Positions 12,775 through 25,510 are shown, numbered from the stretch's first letter. The stretch is 64,000 nt of DNA from Saccostrea cucullata (GCF_032062105.1 NW_026938254.1:310001-374000), one strand, 5' to 3'. Notes: generated by a model from the letters alone, not told the origin. Translations and numbers: made by a program.

Positions 12775-13719
12775 TCAGTGGTCTGTGTCTATTTGAGATC
12801 TGATCATGCCCAGCACATCTTCTTTACTCTTACCAGTGACTGCCACGGTTTTCGAGTGAGACTTTGAGCCCTTCATAGAAAACAATGACTACATTTTATA
12901 CTTGAAACATTTGAGCCTTAAATTAACATAATATACTAGTATTTATGAAACCCTGGAAACAAATTCATTATCTATGAAGACAAATGAATAATATTTTCAT
13001 GATTCAGATACCATGATTGTTTAAGTAGTATTAAATGGTAACATTTAAATTGTAGTCAATAAACTCAAGCATTCCAAGATATTCTAAGTACTGCTGCACT
13101 TCCTACCCTCTCCAGCACCACGTCAGATTTCCTGACCCCCAGCGTCTTCGCCATGAACTTGACCAATTCCATATTGGCCTTGCCGTCTACAGGTGGTGCT
13201 GCTATTTGGACACCAATACTTTCCTCCGAGATATCTGACAGGAAAACAATGTTAAAATCATATGTTCACTGTATACAAGAACTTTGCCTATCCACCATGT
13301 TGCAAGTGGGCCAATTAAAATGAGACAAATTCAAAGTAAATATAACCTATTGTAATTTTTACAATATCTCAACTGTGCCTGAGCAAACTCTATACACAAT
13401 TTTTCACTGGCTATATAGTGTTTATGCATTATCCATGTTTTATTACATAACATTGGTTGGCTCTTTTTGGCTTACCAGTAATTGCATTTTGTTTGGCTCC
13501 TGGCTTGGCCAGAATTGTGATCACGACTTTGCCATCAGTGCTCTGGTATACTGGGTCCACAGTTGCTACCTTCGCCTTCTTTGACATAGGGCTTGAAAAT
13601 GAAGCCTGGATCGATTTTATTCCGACAGATGAAAACAGTGGCTTTGAAACAAAAGCGGATACTGTCTTTGTGTTTTTATTAAAATGTGTGGAACAATGTC
13701 TGATACAAACCCTTATCAT
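12775..13719 (-). CDS. C15orf40: UPF0235/DUF167 (YggU-like) protein, C15orf40 homolog, 3 exons
   Basis: Exons 13719-13476, 13234-13107 and 12870-12775 translate to ...[65 protein letters not shown]..., the DUF167 signature. The start could be 13719 or 13587. Confidence 0.88.
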
Positions 13720-14895
13720 TCCAAGGAGAGAGTTTTCATAACAAGCGCATAATTGACTTAGATCAAATTTAATGCAGGCGGTAAATGTAGTACTACCGAT
13801 TCTCGACTCTCTCGGATTGATGGAAAACAACTTTTTAGACACTCTTATTTTGTTTAGATCAACTCAAGTATACCTTTAAAAGTTAAGAATTGTTGCATTT
13901 ATTATACGTACTAAAATGAGCTACTCGATGAATCAGTATTTATTTTTGGATCATACATTTCTAAGATAACTACAGAACTTGATTTAAAGTGGTAATCTTA
14001 CTTGTACTCATAGTTCCCTTTCTAATGAGATTTTTTCTATTAAATACCGTATGTTAATATTTCCAAACTATCAAATTAAATTTCAATTATCTTGCCTATA
14101 CTGGATTCCAAGACTAAATAAAATTCGATCCCTTTAAATTAAGTAAATAGCGGGTCATCGACAGATTTAATTTGTGTCCATTACTTCTCAACTTTTCTGT
14201 ATCATAAACTTTCCGTAATATATAAGTACCATTAATATATGCATATGTAATTTATTACTCCCAGTGGATTCGATATCTACGCAGGGCCGTGCTCTATGTA
14301 CGAACAATTTCTGAAACAAGACAGGCTACTGACAAATAAGTTGGCAAAAACAACGACATCGATCAAAAGTCTCGTCTAAATTCAAGGCAAAAGGAGCACA
14401 AGGCAGGTGTGACCGGTCAACATGAGATGCTTACTCCTCCATGGCACTCGATCCCACCTCTAGCTGATCATGCTGATAGGTCTTTGTTTTTTCTGCTCCC
14501 GATTTATATCGTTTCAAAGGAATTTTGATATGATTACTATTAGTTTTCTTCATATTTCATTGCATTATTTCTAAGTTTATCGCTTTTGGACAAATGACAT
14601 ATTTAGAACAATTTTTGATTCGACAAGGAATGCATTCTTACACCCCCTTTGCACCTAATCCCATGCACCTTGATGTTTTTGGAGGCCTTTTTTTTTTACT
14701 CTTGATTTTGATAACTGTTCCTTAATCTTCAAATTTCATCACAAAAGTGTGTATACATGAATTTATTTTAAAGCAGAAAATATATGCCTGGCAAGGATGT
14801 TCAAAGCGAATCTTCATCGGACAGTCTCGAGACTACATCGGACACCGTGAGCGTAAGGGGTGTTGCTAAAACGTGGAACGGAACGGAAAACAGTA

Positions 14896-15954
14896 CGAGG
14901 GGTGTTAGAAAAGTTCGCGGACAAGTTCTATTTTGAGCGCGCTATTTCCACGAAACCGGTCAAACTTTCCAGATAAAATCTTTACCTTTTTTCCAATAAA
15001 TATACAAGAATTTGGTGCTCCCCGATGATTATTGAAAAATATACAGCTTTTTTATTTTGATAAAACTTGCTTCACGGAGCATGATACATTTTGGCACGTT
15101 TACATCACAAAGACTCTTTATTAAAATTAAAAATTGCACAATTGTACCGCAAAGAGTTTTATGATATTTTACCTGCCGCTAAAGTATTCATGAAACGTCA
15201 CTGGGAGAAATTTTGAACTAAACTGGAGCATATATGACTGTTTTATAGCCGTTTATAACTGATCAACGCTTAAAAACAAAGCCAAAAATCGGAACGTCAT
15301 TGAGCGTCATGGAGCACTGCACTACGTAAAAATTATGTATGCAGACTGGAAAATGTCTAAAAAGAGATTAAAATGTTCAAGATGCTGCGGGAATTTCCTT
15401 CACCTACAAAGGACAAGTTTTCAAATGGTTGTAGCTTCATAAGAATGGAAGGATTAACATTTTGAATGATTAACTCCATCGATACTTCAATACCCCCGTA
15501 TCGCAAGGACGTTGCGTTGCGCCTATATGGTTTTGCATAGTTTCCATACCTGATCGATTAACCGCATAGACTTTTTTAAGATCTCAATAATATCCGAATT
15601 AGTACAAAAGACATTATATAGAAGAAAAATAACATGTCTTGATATAGATATTCAATTTTAAAGTGGAAAAAAGGTAAGAAAAATCTAAAGAAATGAAAGA
15701 TTTATAGAACTGTGACAAAGCTTAACCGGTTGAAATCTGGTTGTCACGTCGCCTTACGTCAAGTGATTGCTCCGTGAATCCCATGACTTCATGGTAAAAA
15801 TGTTGTAAATTTTCAAGATTTTATTATATGGACCTGATTTTTTACATACCAATAAACAAAATATAGGAATTTATTCAGACATAGGTCATATTTCACAGTA
15901 CACAGTAGATTTTCCGTAATTCAATGTGTCCGCGAACTTTTCTAACGACCCTCG
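14896..15954 (+). mobile_element. Tc1/Mariner deletion derivative
   Basis: TA|CGAGGGGTGTTAGAAAAGTTCGCGGACA ... TGTCCGCGAACTTTTCTAACGACCCTCG|TA. A decayed HTH-like remnant (QVFKW...KNGR) lies near 15415-15460. Confidence 0.85.
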
Positions 15955-16159
15955 TACTAAGTGAAAGAACAAAATTCAAAACCTACCCCAAAAAAACTTG
16001 ACAAGCACCCCCCTTTCCCCCTTTTAATTTGCTTCCGACGCCAATGGAGCCGAGGGTGTGCATGATTATTGAACATATCATAGTTTACGATATTTTTTTT
16101 TTTTATTAGATATGACTTTTATTTCAAGAATGTTGCTTTTAATATATCTGCTTTTATAT

Positions 16160-16715
16160 TAGCTGCAGATCTGTAGCGTTATGGTTTAATATATTTGTCT
16201 TTGACCATAACGCTACAGATCCCGTAATGCAAAAAAGGTGCAATTTACGGCGCAATATTTTTTGCGCACTTTTGAGGAGAATTTTTCCACTTTCCAGCAT
16301 CGGTCAATTAACTGCCTTTTACCCCCTAACTCTAGGTACATTATTTAACTAATCTGTATGTTTTATCCATCTACCTACTCTTTATATAGTCGTCTCTACA
16401 AGTGATTAACTCGCTTGATTAAAATTATATGTTAGATTGCTGAAAATTCACTTCAAGTGAGTTTATTGCCTGTAGAGACAACTATAAATGGTTGGAAGGT
16501 GGATAAAATATACATATTGGCTACAGAATGTGTCTAGAATAAGGGAGTGAAAGGTAGTTGATTGACCAATGCTAGAAAGTGGAGAAATTCTCCCCAAAAG
16601 TGCGCAAAAAATATTGCGCCGTAAACTGCACCTTTTATGCATCACGGGATCTGTAGCGTTATGGTCAAAGACAAATATCTAAAACCAAAACCATAACGCT
16701 ACAGATCTGCAGCTA
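16160..16715. mobile_element. Foldback MITE with 9-bp TSD (superfamily uncertain)
   Basis: TAGCTGCAGATCTGTAGCGTTATGG inverted ends, with arms complementary over about 240 bp and TSD CTTTTATAT on both sides. Confidence 0.88.
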
Positions 16716-17196
16716 CTTTTATATCCGTTCTGCGTTTTAGCAACACCCGAGCGTTTGTCATCGTCTCAAGCCACGGTCCGGAGTTCGCATATATACAGCT
16801 CTCTCCTACATCGTCTCAAGCCACGGTCCGGAGTTCGCATATATATAGCTCTCTCCTACCAGATGGTGGGAGAGGAGCGTACATTTTGGCCGTGGTTTGC
16901 GACGATTGAGCGTTTGGAGTCAATCGGCAATCCTCGGCTGACTCCGCTACGCTCAGTTCATTGTGCGAGGTACGAGCCATTCGAGGAGCTCCGAGTAGGT
17001 TATGAGTACCAAGTTTACCGCTTGCCTAAAGCATGGAACTTGTTTACGAAAATATCAATAAAAAACTTTAATGATGACAAGCACTTTAACCAACAAGGAC
17101 ACTAGTTTAAAGTAAGTTTAACCCACAAAGCACTTAATTTTTTATAAGAAGTTTAAAGTTAGTTTATGAAGAGACAAACGCTATCCCACTTTGAAA

Positions 17197-20100
17197 ATGC
17201 CACGAGTAAATTCGAACTCAATACACCAATATTCCACTAATAATTGCAGAGTTAGTTCAGTGCTGAATAGAGACATCAAAAATTATGGACCACGACATAT
17301 GGTAGATGGGGAAGAGGATACATGTTGGAATTCTGATCAAGTAATGCTCTTCAAGCTTTATATATATGGAAGGTGGAGGTATCATTTAGTGAGCTTGTTC
17401 TCACTCAGTCACTGTACCTCTAGTTAAGGGGGATGTACAAGCCATATTGGATCTAGTCTGGTGTAAACTAAGAAATACCAAGAATGCGCTTAATACTCTA
17501 CTAAACTAGCTCAAAGTTACTCAAAGTGCTAATGCACTAATTACCTACTGTTAGAGACCAAAATTAGAAAACAATTAAGTTTATTTTGTCTTACTTAGAA
17601 GAAAATTAATCATGATAGAACTGCGCAGCTACAGCATTCATGAGATGAAAAATGCATTGAAAATGGTGTTAGTTTGATTCATTGATAATATGGCAACAAC
17701 CATTTGTTTCGTTTTTTTCTTGTCATTATCCATAATTCTTGAAAATTTGATTTTTCATATGGGTGTCTTCCTGAGGCCATGTGTTTATTTCGTCCGCCAT
17801 TCCTCTGTCACACAGAGTTCGAATAACAATGATTTTAGAATAAATGCGACCATAATAACACCAAGACAAGAAATTACTAAGTAATAATCATTAGGTTATA
17901 TTACTTACTACTTTTATTTGTTGCATCGCATCGTCTGATTAATGAAAAAAAACGCGATTTTAACCTCACTCCAGCAAATCGGGAAAAACTGTTCTGTTTA
18001 CAACTCGAAATTCCTCGCTAATATTATTCCACTAAGCACATGGTTGGCATGTGCATATATCTGCTGTGGATAAATCCGTTTATTACCATGATTATATTTA
18101 ATTTTTATGGAACAAGTCTAGATAATTTGTTGGTTTCTTTAAAACTCAAGAAAAAAAGATAAAAATGTCCTAAACATATGTGTTTACGGTGGGTCTTTTT
18201 TCTGTGGCGATAGAAGTAATTTTCAAATGGGTCACTGCAAGGAGGATGCTTAGCATTTAATTTGAAAATGTTAAACAATACGCAGTGCATGAAAAATAAA
18301 TTGTAATTACATGTCTTACATTCGAAAAGTTGGATACATATGTCTATTTTGTTTATAAGTTAGATAGAAAAAATAGGCAGTTATAGGATTTCCTTCAGGC
18401 ACCTCACATAAATAGCTAGAATGTTTGCAATGACCCACACATTGTATGGGGTCATGTTTGGACACAAAAACGCATCATGTCTCATTATGTTGACAACGTT
18501 GTAAGCTCTCGCTCATTGAACATACGAAGCTTGATAAAATATTATGAGTTGTTTCTATGAAATTTAGAAGCGAACACAATGTTTGCAATGAAAGGTCCAT
18601 TGCATATGCTATGTCTATCATCGCAAACAAAAGTGAGTGCTAACCCCCCCTCCCCCGAAAATCCTTTGTTTGTTTTTCAAAATAGTGTCAAACATTAAAA
18701 AAAATTGCATTACTAAGTATGTGATGGAACATGTACTAGCCTTATAATACCACTTGTTATAAAAATATTTGGTTGCCCTCTCTCCCGATCTATTGCCTAG
18801 AAATGGCCCGACTCATTTTTTTAACATCCCATTACACGATATTTTTTTCTTTTTCTTCCGTCAACAATTCTGTTTAAATTTTAAGGATTTGTTTTTCTCA
18901 CTTATAAATACGGACCCAATGATTTTTCCCTGAGTTGGGAGGACCACCAAACATCATTTTAAATATGTTTATAGGTTGATTTTTTTCTCTTTACTTTGTA
19001 CAATTGTAATTTTGAAAATATGGGCAAATAGAAAAAAAAAAAATTATGTTCAAACTAAATAAATTACTTCAAGCTACACTATAACACCTTTCCTCTTTTA
19101 AAAGTGTTCATATTATTTGAAATATTTTGCAACTGTAATTCTCTTCTACATTTAAAGATTGTTATGCCCCTCCATATTAAGAAGAGGTCTGGAAAACAAG
19201 ATTCTGTGCTAAAAATAGACCACGTGCTGCTATCCATGAACTACTTTCATGGTTCTTTACACTCTTTTTGAAGACAATAGTACCTTGTTTTGAACTTGAA
19301 ATTATCATTTAAAAGTGCAAAATTTAGACATTTTCTCAACAAATGGTTGTAGAGAGAACATTAATGCACAGTTTGCATATTTTTTTGGATTTTTTAAGGC
19401 TCTGCTGAATTCTGTAGCTGCGCAGTTCCAAGAAGCATATCAAAAGCATTTTTCTGCAAAAGTATAGATTATATATGCACAACATGCATTCGGTTATGCA
19501 TATTTATTGTATCTTTATCAAAAAGACTTAAAATTTGATCAAAATATAATGTATTTTAGCCATTTGAAGAAATGTTTACATTTTGCTCTCACTGCACTAA
19601 AGGTGGCCGTACATCCCCCTTAAACTAATATTAATCATACTTATTTTTTATCTCCCTTTTATAAAGATTCCCACGAAAACTACAGGTACTGTGAGCACTG
19701 CATGAGCTTACTAAATGATACACTGTGTGGCCGTCAGCCGGACTTGATCGCCGGTGGCCAGATAGCTCAGTTGGTAGAGCACCTGACCGGAGTTTCAGGG
19801 GGCCCGGGTTCGAATCCCGGTCTGGTCCACTGCATTTTCTCCTCTCCCGTTACATTTGGTGCTGTGCCATGCCCTGGAATTGACAGGTGAGAGGCCTGCC
19901 AGGGATGAGCCTGGGTTGGGGTCTTTGGAGGGCCAAAGACCTTTAAGGAGGGAGGAATGTGCGAAAAAAAACGCGATTTTAACCTCACTCCAGCAAATCG
20001 GGAAAAACTGTTCTGTTTACAACTCGAAATTCCTCGCTAATATTATTCCACTAAGCACATGGTTGGCATGTGCATATATCTGCTGTGGATAAATCCGTTT

Positions 20101-23100
20101 ATTACCATGATTATATTTAATTTTTATGGAACAAGTCTTTATAATTTGTTGGTTTCTTTAAAACTCAAGAAAAAAAGATAAAAATGTCCTAAACATATGT
20201 GTTTACGGTGGGTCTTTTTTCTGTGGCGATAGAAGTAATTTTCAAATGGGTCACTGCAAGGAGGATGCTTAGCATTTAATTTGAAAATGTTAAACAATAC
20301 GCAGTGCATGAAAAATAAATTGTAATTACATGTCTTACATTCGAAAAGTTGGTATACATATGTCTATTTTGTTTATAAGTTAGATAGAAAAAAATAGGCA
20401 GTTATAGGATTTCCTTCAGGCACCTCACATAAATAGCTAGAATGTTTGCAATGACCCACACATTGTATGGGGTCATGTTTGGACACAAAAACGCATCATG
20501 TCTCATTATGTTGACAACGTTGTAAGCTCTCGCTCATTGAACATACGAAGCTTGATAAAATATTATGAGTTGTTTCTATGAAATTTAGAAGCGAACACAA
20601 TGTTTGCAATGAAAGGTCCATTGCATATGCTATGTCTATCATCGCAAACAAAAGTGAGTGCTAACCCCCCCTCCCCCGAAAATCCTTTGTTTGTTTTTCA
20701 AAATAGTGTCAAATATTAAAAAAAATTGCATTACTAAGTATGTGATGGAACATGTACTAGCCTTATAATACCACTTGTTATAAAAATATTTGGTTGCCCT
20801 CTCTCCCGATCTATTGCCTAGAAATGGCCCGACTCATTTTTTTAACATCCCATTACACGATATTTTTTTCTTTTTCTTCCGTCAACAATTCTGTTTAAAT
20901 TTTAAGGATTTGTTTTTCTCACTTATAAATACGGACCCAATGATTTTTCCCTGAGTTGGGAGGACCACCAAACATCATTTTAAATATGTTTATAGGTTGA
21001 TTTTTTTCTCTTTACTTTGTACAATTGTAATTTTGAAAATATGGGCAAATAGAAAAAAAAAAAATTATGTTCAAACTAAATAAATTACTTCAAGCTACAC
21101 TATAACACCTTTCCTCTTTTAAAAGTGTTCATATTATTTGAAATATTTTGCAACTGTAATTCTCTTCTACATTTAAAGATTGTTATGCCCCTCCATATTA
21201 AGAAGAGGTCTGGAAAACAAGATTCTGTGCTAAAAATAGACCACGTGCTGCTATCCATGAACTACTTTCATGGTTCTTTACACTCTTTTTGAAGACAATA
21301 GTACCTTGTTTTGAACTTGAAATTATCATTTAAAAGTGCAAAATTTAGACATTTTCTCAACAAATGGTTGTAGAGAGAACATTAATGCACAGTTTGCATA
21401 TTTTTTTGGATTTTTTAAGGCTCTGCTGAATTCTGTAGCTGCGCAGTTCCAAGAAGCATATCAAAAGCATTTTTCTGCAAAAGTATAGATTATATATGCA
21501 CAACATGCATTCGGTTATGCATATTTATTGTATCTTTATCAAAAAGACTTAAAATTTGATCAAAATATAATGTATTTTAGCCATTTGAAGAAATGTTTAC
21601 ATTTTGCTCTCACTGCACTAAAGGTGGCCGTACATCCCCCTTAAACTAATATTAATCATACTTATTTTTTATCTCCCTTTTATAAAGATTCCCACGAAAA
21701 CTACAGGTACTGTGAGCACTGCATGAGCTTACTAAATGATACACTGTGTGGCCGTCAGCCGGACTTGATCGCCGGTGGCCAGATAGCTCAGTTGGTAGAG
21801 CACCTGACCGGAGTTTCAGGGGGCCCGGGTTCGAATCCCGGTCTGGTCCACTGCATTTTCTCCTCTCCCGTTACATTTGGTGCTGTGCCATGCCCTGGAA
21901 TTGACAGGTGAGAGGCCTGCCAGGGATGAGCCTGGGTTGGGGTCTTTGGAGGGCCAAAGACCTTTAAGGAGGGAGGAATGTGGCGGTCAGCCGGGTTCGA
22001 TCGCGGGTGGCCAGATAGCTCAGTTGGTAGAGCACCTGACTGGAGTTTCAGGGGGCCCGGGTTCAAATCCCAGTCTGGTCCGCTGCATTTTCTCCTTTCC
22101 CGTTACACACTGTACCCCTGCCTACCAAATAATGGCAAAGTTCATGTTTTGTCTCTGGGAGACCCAAAATAAGTGTCAGATCAAAGAGTGAAATAGGAGG
22201 TGCACAGTGGGTATTATGTAATAAAGAATCTGTGATAGTATCATTTAATTTATTTAGTGGTATAGGAGGAATAGTGATGGTGTGGTGACAATGAAGTGAT
22301 GATGCAATATAGCATGATGACGATGATGTGATGATGCAACAATGCAGTAAGGATGGTGTTTACTGTTTATCAAAATGAACCAACAGTGAACATTGCTTCA
22401 TCATCATCGTACTGTCATGTCATCGCTATTGCTTCTTGGCATTGTTGCACCATCAGATCATGGTTGTCGCGCTATAGCACCATTGCTTCATAGTTATCAC
22501 CCTATTGCATTATCTTGCCATCAACCTTTTGTCAATGCTCAGTGATGTGATAGTTAACTACCCGAACATGGCCTTTCTGAATTTCAAAGATAATCATATG
22601 TTTTAAATCTTTACTGTTGTGTAATTATTTGAACATACATTTACTTTGTAGGGTTCCCCTCAATGGATAGAAGTTAATCTGGATTCATTATCTAATGTGG
22701 AAGAAATTCAAATCCAATTTCAGGGGGGATTTGCTGGGAAAGATTGCAGTTTACAGATGACTGATGAGAATAATGATAAACACACCATAATGGAATTCTT
22801 TCCAGAAGATGTTAATTCATTACAAATATCCTTTTTATGAAAATGGTACATAATCATATAAATGTACATAGAAAAGATTTTTTTTTGCTGGGGGGGGGGG
22901 GGGAGCATGGGCCTCAACAGTGAACTGAAATGCATTTTACTGAATATGACAGTTTAGCCCCCTTCAACTGGAAATTTGCACACATTTGACATGAATTTTA
23001 AAATTTGTTGTGGATGAGGACTCTATGTTCATTATCATATTAATGAAGCTTGTTCTTAGATGATTAGGAGAAGAAAAGTTCCTAAAAGCTACAGAGCATT

Positions 23101-23816
23101 TTTAAAATATGATCAACATAGCTTACAGTACCCCTAGCAGGGGGGGGGGTACAAATGTGATCAATGGCAACATATTTGCAGGCCAAAATTTACCACATAT
23201 GACCAACTCCACCAAGGAGCCTTAATAGTGGATTGATGGAGCAAGAATTTCAATATCTCGGTGAATTCCAGTTTTTATCATACAAATGATTTTTCTCCTG
23301 GATATAAAGGTGTGGAGATTTTTTTTAAAGGTATACCTGTTTTGCATTTAAATACATACGACAAATTTAGCCCCACCCTGTACCCTAACCCAAGGGCCAT
23401 AAATTTCACAATTTAAAGTTGTGGTAGTGGGCTCATTGCTCATCAAAATCATGCCAACATTTTGAATGCCTGATGTCCAGGAGTAAAGGGTTTTGAAGAA
23501 TGCATCAATTTTGATGGTTTCAGCCACTCTCAGGCTCAAGGGAGGCTAATGTTCCTTTTTACTTATAAATGTCCATACAAAAGGATTTGACATTGGTGAC
23601 TCGGGCTGCCTATAAATTATGATGCATAAAATGCTGTAGAATTATTGTAAAAGCTACTAGATTGTTTCTGTATCGTTCTTCCTTAACTATGCTGACAGCT
23701 TTAAATTACCACATGTAACCTCTCTGAAGAAATTCAAAATAATATTCAACAACAGTACAGACTTTTTTGGTAGAATAACCATTTATCAGTTGAAGGTTCT
23801 TGGTATTCCTATTTGA
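17197..23816 (+). CDS. NR2C2AP: Nuclear receptor 2C2-associated protein (discoidin/galactose-binding-like fold), 3 coding exons, about 145 aa
   Basis: Exons 17197-17340, 22652-22825 and 23697-23816 give RVSSVLNRD...DGEEDTCWNSDQ|GSPQWI...FQGGFAGK...FFPEDVNSLQ|SF...NSTDFFGRITIYQLKVLG. The 5' start is less certain because there is a possible acceptor at 17249. Confidence 0.9.
17428..19619. mobile_element. Non-autonomous Kolobok-like DNA transposon
   Basis: TTAA|GGGGGATGTAC ... GTACATCCCCC|TTAA, with a subterminal inverted motif GAACTGCGCAGCTACAG / CTGTAGCTGCGCAGTTC. The right end is duplicated at about 21640. Confidence 0.75.
19726..19961 (+). mobile_element. Truncated copy of the tRNA-LTR TRIM (LTR1 plus internal region), produced by a local tandem duplication
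   Basis: Matches 21747-21982 and is cut 4 nt into LTR2 at the duplication junction. Confidence 0.85.
21747..22107 (+). mobile_element. Miniature non-autonomous LTR retrotransposon (TRIM) with tRNA-like sequence in each LTR
   Basis: Two 129-bp direct repeats with TG...CA ends (21747-21875, 21979-22107). A PBS-like TGGTGCTGTG follows LTR1, a PPT AAGGAGGGAGGAA precedes LTR2, and the 5-bp TSD is CACTG. Confidence 0.9.
21777..21850 (+). other. tRNA-like (pseudo-tRNA) Pol III module inside an LTR; further copies at 19756-19829 and 22009-22082
   Basis: A box TAGCTCAGTTGG, B box GGTTCGAATCC, acceptor stem GGCCAGA/TCTGGTC, and anticodon stem CCTGA/TCAGG with a non-canonical 8-nt loop. Confidence 0.8.
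22826..23696 (+). other. U12-type (minor spliceosome) AT-AC intron
   Basis: The 5' end is ATATCCTTT, the branch site TTCCTTAAC is at 23679-23687 and the intron ends in AC at 23695-23696. It joins NR2C2AP exons in frame. Confidence 0.92.
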
Positions 23817-24851
23817 TATGTATTACTGTAATAGCTTTTTTTTCTTGTTATTTGGAAAAAGAAATTAAAACTACAAAATACATCTTTAATATACATTTAC
23901 TTTCACATTTGTACCATAAAACATCCATATCAAATTTTCATTGTGACTTCATATAAAAATGAAGTGAGCATTTATATATAAATCTGTTTATATATAATAC
24001 ATGTATTGTGAAAATTTTATTTAATTAACAGATATGTAAGAGCTTTTTTCTGTTTGAAATATAATAAACTAGTGTATGTCAAGTGTGTTTCACTGTATCA
24101 ATACAAAACAAGAAATCTGTGAGCCAATGCTCACTAGTAATACCCCCCGTGTGATGTGAATATACAATGTAATGTTAATAAACGTTAAGGGTATATGCAC
24201 AGAAAAGTAGGAATTTGACATCAGTTTCAAATAAAAATAAATCCCACCATACTGCATGCCTCAACAAAGTATTTACTAAAATTTCAAGCATCTGTTTTGA
24301 GTAGTTGCTGAGAAAACTGCGAAGAAAAATTGTTAGTATATGAACAGACAGATGCACTGACAAACAGGAAGTTGACATCAGATTTGAACAAAAATTAATC
24401 CCACAATATAGCAAGCCTCACGAAAAGGTGTGCTTAAATGTCAAAGCATCTGCGATGAGTAGTTGCTGAGAAAACTGCAATGAAAATTTGTTATGTATGA
24501 AATGAACAGACACACAGATAAACACGAAGTTGACATCAGATTTGAACAAAAATTAATCCCAACATGTGGCATGCCTCAGAGAACATTGTCTTAAAATTTC
24601 AAGCATCAGCGATGACTAGTTGCTGAGAAAACTGCGACGAAAATTTGTTACAGACAGACAGAGAGACGGATGGATGGACAGACACAAGTGTAAAACAGTA
24701 TACCCCCTCTCCTTCGGAGCGGGGTATAAAAATTGTATTAATTTTAATTGAAGTTCAACGTACATAATCATTGCTATACTGCATTTTACCTTTTACAGTA
24801 CATTATCATTTGTTTTCACAAACACAGAGAGGAAAATACACTGTACTGTTA

Positions 24852-25211
24852 GGCCAAAAATAAAAATAGTCTTGTTTCCTGCTACCCAACCTACCCTATT
24901 TTTCTGCACCTGACCCTAAAGTTTTTATATAGTTTTTTGGGGAAAATCGGAAATTTCATGATCCAAAAGTGAAAAAAAATATATTCAAGTAGTATTTCAC
25001 GAAATATAAGTTTTAAATATGGGCTTTCATAAAACACTTCTTATTTTAAACAATAATATTGACCTATGACATGTTTAATTTGGTTTTGTAATAGTTCATA
25101 TCCAACAACATGAACAAATACCATTGGAATGAAATAAAATAATATTCCTACCTACCTACCCTATTTTTTGGAGGCTGGCAGCAGGAAACTAGACTATTAT
25201 TTTTGTTGGCC
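24852..25211. mobile_element. PIF/Harbinger-type MITE
   Basis: TTA|GGCCAA...TTGGCC|TTA with about 35-bp imperfect TIRs. Confidence 0.75.
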
Positions 25212-25510
25212 TTACATAAAATGTTGCTATCTTTGAAACCATTGTGTAAATTGTCCTTTCAAAATATTGATAAATTGTTCACTGTATAGCATGTATTTAC
25301 TTTTCTACAAATGAAATATTTAAGCAGTTTGTAGTCTTCTGCCCTTTGTCTTGGGCAAAAAATAATCCAATATTCAATTATTAAAAAAAAAAAATCTGTA
25401 TCTACCACTGAAACCCTGTTACAATCCGAAGAAATAATAAACAAATAAATATCACTTCCATAAGTGCAGAGGAAAGCTGCTATTGCTGGATCCCATTGAC
25501 TTACAACAGT

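Larger units (their letters stand above)
17944..21982. repeat. About 2.02-kb tandem duplication (17944-19961 / 19963-21982) in NR2C2AP intron 1
   Basis: The two copies are near-identical, with only a handful of visible differences (e.g. TCTAGATA vs TCTTTATA, GGATAC vs GGTATAC, AAACATT vs AAATATT). Confidence 0.95.

Noticed and set aside
19756-22082. Three genuine tRNA genes
   Set aside because: They have an 8-nt anticodon loop, no Pol III T-run terminator directly after the acceptor stem, and are embedded in LTRs.
19702-22191. Short ORFs over the TRIM copies
   Set aside because: By-products of the GC-rich non-coding element.
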